Source: Lama guanicoe (Eukaryota). From it: a stretch of DNA of 64,000 nt. Positions 62,115 to 64,000 of the stretch are shown here, one piece after another. Position numbers and translations under genes: made by a program. The stretch is from NCBI GenBank assembly GCA_013239625.1, contig MU055886.1, forward strand, positions 930,001 to 994,000. Reading direction: 5' to 3'. The number at the start of each line of letters is the position of its first letter. The stretch's first letter is position 1. The notes beneath the pieces are model-generated. The model was not told the origin of the DNA. It was given only the letters and a program-made list of their open reading frames with translations, and did no database searches.

Positions 62115-62979
62115 GTAAGGAACCAGCAGCCCTGCTCAGGGGCGCTTGCTGGCCCACATGGTGCTCAGCTTTGTAAAGAGGGTAAGCACACTCGGCCCTG
62201 CCTGCTCACGTAAACCACAGGACTTCACGTACGGCTGGGCCCCTCAAATGTGAGGAGGGTCCAGTCTGCAGAGTGGCTCCTTTTGTACCTGGTGGAGCCC
62301 AGTGGCTCCATCCCATCTCACACCTGTGACAGGCCTGCGTGCATCCGGGGCCACAGCGTTCCTGTCCCAGCTTCAGCATGAGCCCATGGACACAGCACAG
62401 GCCATGGGCACATCCTGACCTCAGGGGCCGACCCTCCCCCTGGCCAGGAGCCCCTTGAATGACTCAGGTGCCTCCCTTCCTCCCCACCCTGAGACTGGTT
62501 TTCTAGAATCCAGTGTCCGTCGCAGCACTGAAACTCCTCTCCCTCAGCCTCTTGGGAAATAAGTCTGCCACATGTGTTACCTCTCTTAGGCCATGTTCAC
62601 ACCCTTTGATTTGAGTACCAGTCCTTAGGATCCAGGTCAAGGTTACGATCTAAAGCACAGAGAAGGCATGATGATGGTGAGAGATGGAGAACGACCCGAA
62701 TGTCCAGCAGTGGGGATTGATTAAAGGAATGTTGTGCAGCCACTACAGAGTGACATTGACCAGGAGTTTATAATAACCCAGGGAAATGCTTATGTTTAAT
62801 GTTAAAAGGTGGAAAGTCAGATGCAAATAACTTTTATGTGTCTAAGAGTTTAGGCATTGGAAAAAAGACATCAAATGACTAATTTAATTCTTACTACATT
62901 GCAGGTCATAAAGGGAGAGTTTTTGTTTTTAATTTAAGATTCATTTTGCCTGGAAGCTCCCTTTTTCATGCACAACTAG

Positions 62980-63310
62980 ACCCTTCCTCCCTTTCTAGCC
63001 CTGGAAGTGAGGCCTCTGCCCCACGCATACCACTCATCATCCCCTGGATGTAGCCGCTCTGTGCGAGTCCTATTCCTTCTGCCTGAGTGCCCTTCCCTGC
63101 CATATCCTATCTGGAAAAGTCCCACCCCTCCTTTGAGGCCCACCTCAGATGTGTCACCATCACTGTGAGCCCTCCTGGTACACGGCCACACGTCCCATGG
63201 ACTCCCTTACTGCCTCTCCGGGCCTGTTGAACTCCCTGCGCACAACCCTGGGGCAGCATTTCTCACCATGTAGAGTCAGTGCTGTGGATGCTGGGCCCTC
63301 CTGCCAGGTT
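62980..63310 (+). mobile_element. L2 fragment
   Basis: ctattccttctgcctgagtgcccttcc...ctcctttgaggcccacctcagatgtgtcacc...tgtgagccctcctg. Confidence 0.55.
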
Positions 63311-63660
63311 GGCAGCGCCCGGCTGAATGTCAGAGACGACAGTGGTCGTGTGACTGAAGGTCCTTGGTCACCTCAGGTCTCTCCCGTGCATTTCACGGCC
63401 TCCTCCTCCCTCGGCACAAGGGAATCCAGGGACTGTCCTGGCACGGCTTGTCAAGACGTGCTCCTCTCGGGTGTGAGAGGAGCTAGAAGGGGGCTGATAC
63501 TGACCCAGAGGTGGCTCTTCACAAACCCCAATTGCATTAAAGGGCTAGAGGGCTCATGTGACACCTCTCCTGGACACCAGGGGCCTGTGGCGTCCCGCCC
63601 CCTCCTGGGCTGACCACCCTGCAGGTCATGTTACCTTTGATGCTCTCATCTAGTCTGGTG

Positions 63661-63818
63661 CTTGGCTGCTCACATGTGGCCCTGGACCAGCAGTGTCACT
63701 CACCCGGGATCTAGTGAGAAATGCAGGGTCTCAGGCCCCGGCCCAGACCTGCAGAGTCAGAATCTGATTTAAAAGACCCCCCAGGTGATTCATGGGCACA
63801 TTAAAGTGAAAAGCACTG
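63661..63818 (-). mobile_element. MER5B-like hAT-Charlie MITE
   Basis: tggaccagcag..tcacccgggatctagtgagaaatgcag..tctcaggcccc..cccagacctgcagagtcagaatctg...ccccaggtgattcat..gcacattaaagt...aagcactg. Confidence 0.8.
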
Positions 63819-64000
63819 AGCCTACAGGACAGCCATCATCTCTTCAGAAGGCTCTGGGGCCAGGACTTGTCCGCTTCTGCCCAAAGCCGGTTTTAGAACT
63901 TCAGTACCTTTCATTTTTCATAAAGGATCACAAGGTCTGAGATAGAACTGTCTCCAGATAAGTTTCTGAGCCACAGATATCCATTTGGACTTGCTTTCAC

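Larger units (their letters stand above)
1..64000 (+). other. SHB: Internal portion of the SHB gene (intron 1 partial, exon 2, intron 2, exon 3, intron 3 partial; exon numbering inferred from the human gene)
   Basis: Two GT-AG flanked exons join in frame (ACA G|AA TTT = T-E-F) and give a peptide recognisable as SHB. No promoter, first exon or SH2-coding exons are visible in the window. Confidence 0.93.

Noticed and set aside
74-63613. Several hundred 60-210 aa ORFs in the supplied track
   Set aside because: They show no recognisable domains, many start at GTG/TTG or overlap decayed repeats, and this density is expected in ~50% GC intronic DNA. Only the parts of 27321..27833 and 61763..62176 that match SHB exons are supported.

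Overview
Mammalian genomic DNA, probably camelid, judged from two tRNA-Ala(AGC)-derived Vic-1-type SINEs and no recognisable Alu, B1 or Bov-tA elements. The whole window lies inside SHB (SH2 domain-containing adaptor protein B) on the + strand. It holds the 3' part of the first intron, a 121-nt coding exon (27354-27474), a 34.4-kb intron (27475-61898), a 216-nt coding exon (61899-62114) and the start of the next intron. The two exons splice in frame and encode the YxxP phosphotyrosine-rich central region. The rest is intron containing old repeats (MIR, L2, L3/CR1, L1ME/L1MB, MER5/MER58/MER45 DNA transposons, LTR16 and MLT2 solo LTRs), a (TG)20 microsatellite and a 156-N assembly gap. The other ORFs in the supplied track look spurious. 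The best leads are: (1) a candidate 9-nt in-frame microexon or recursive splice site at 15044-15052; (2) a structured, possibly bistable intronic RNA element with box C/D motifs at 44509-44608; (3) candidate poison exons, one followed by tandem RBFOX sites; (4) several motif-dense enhancer candidates. Repeat boundaries and subfamily names were read by eye from remembered consensus sequences and are approximate.
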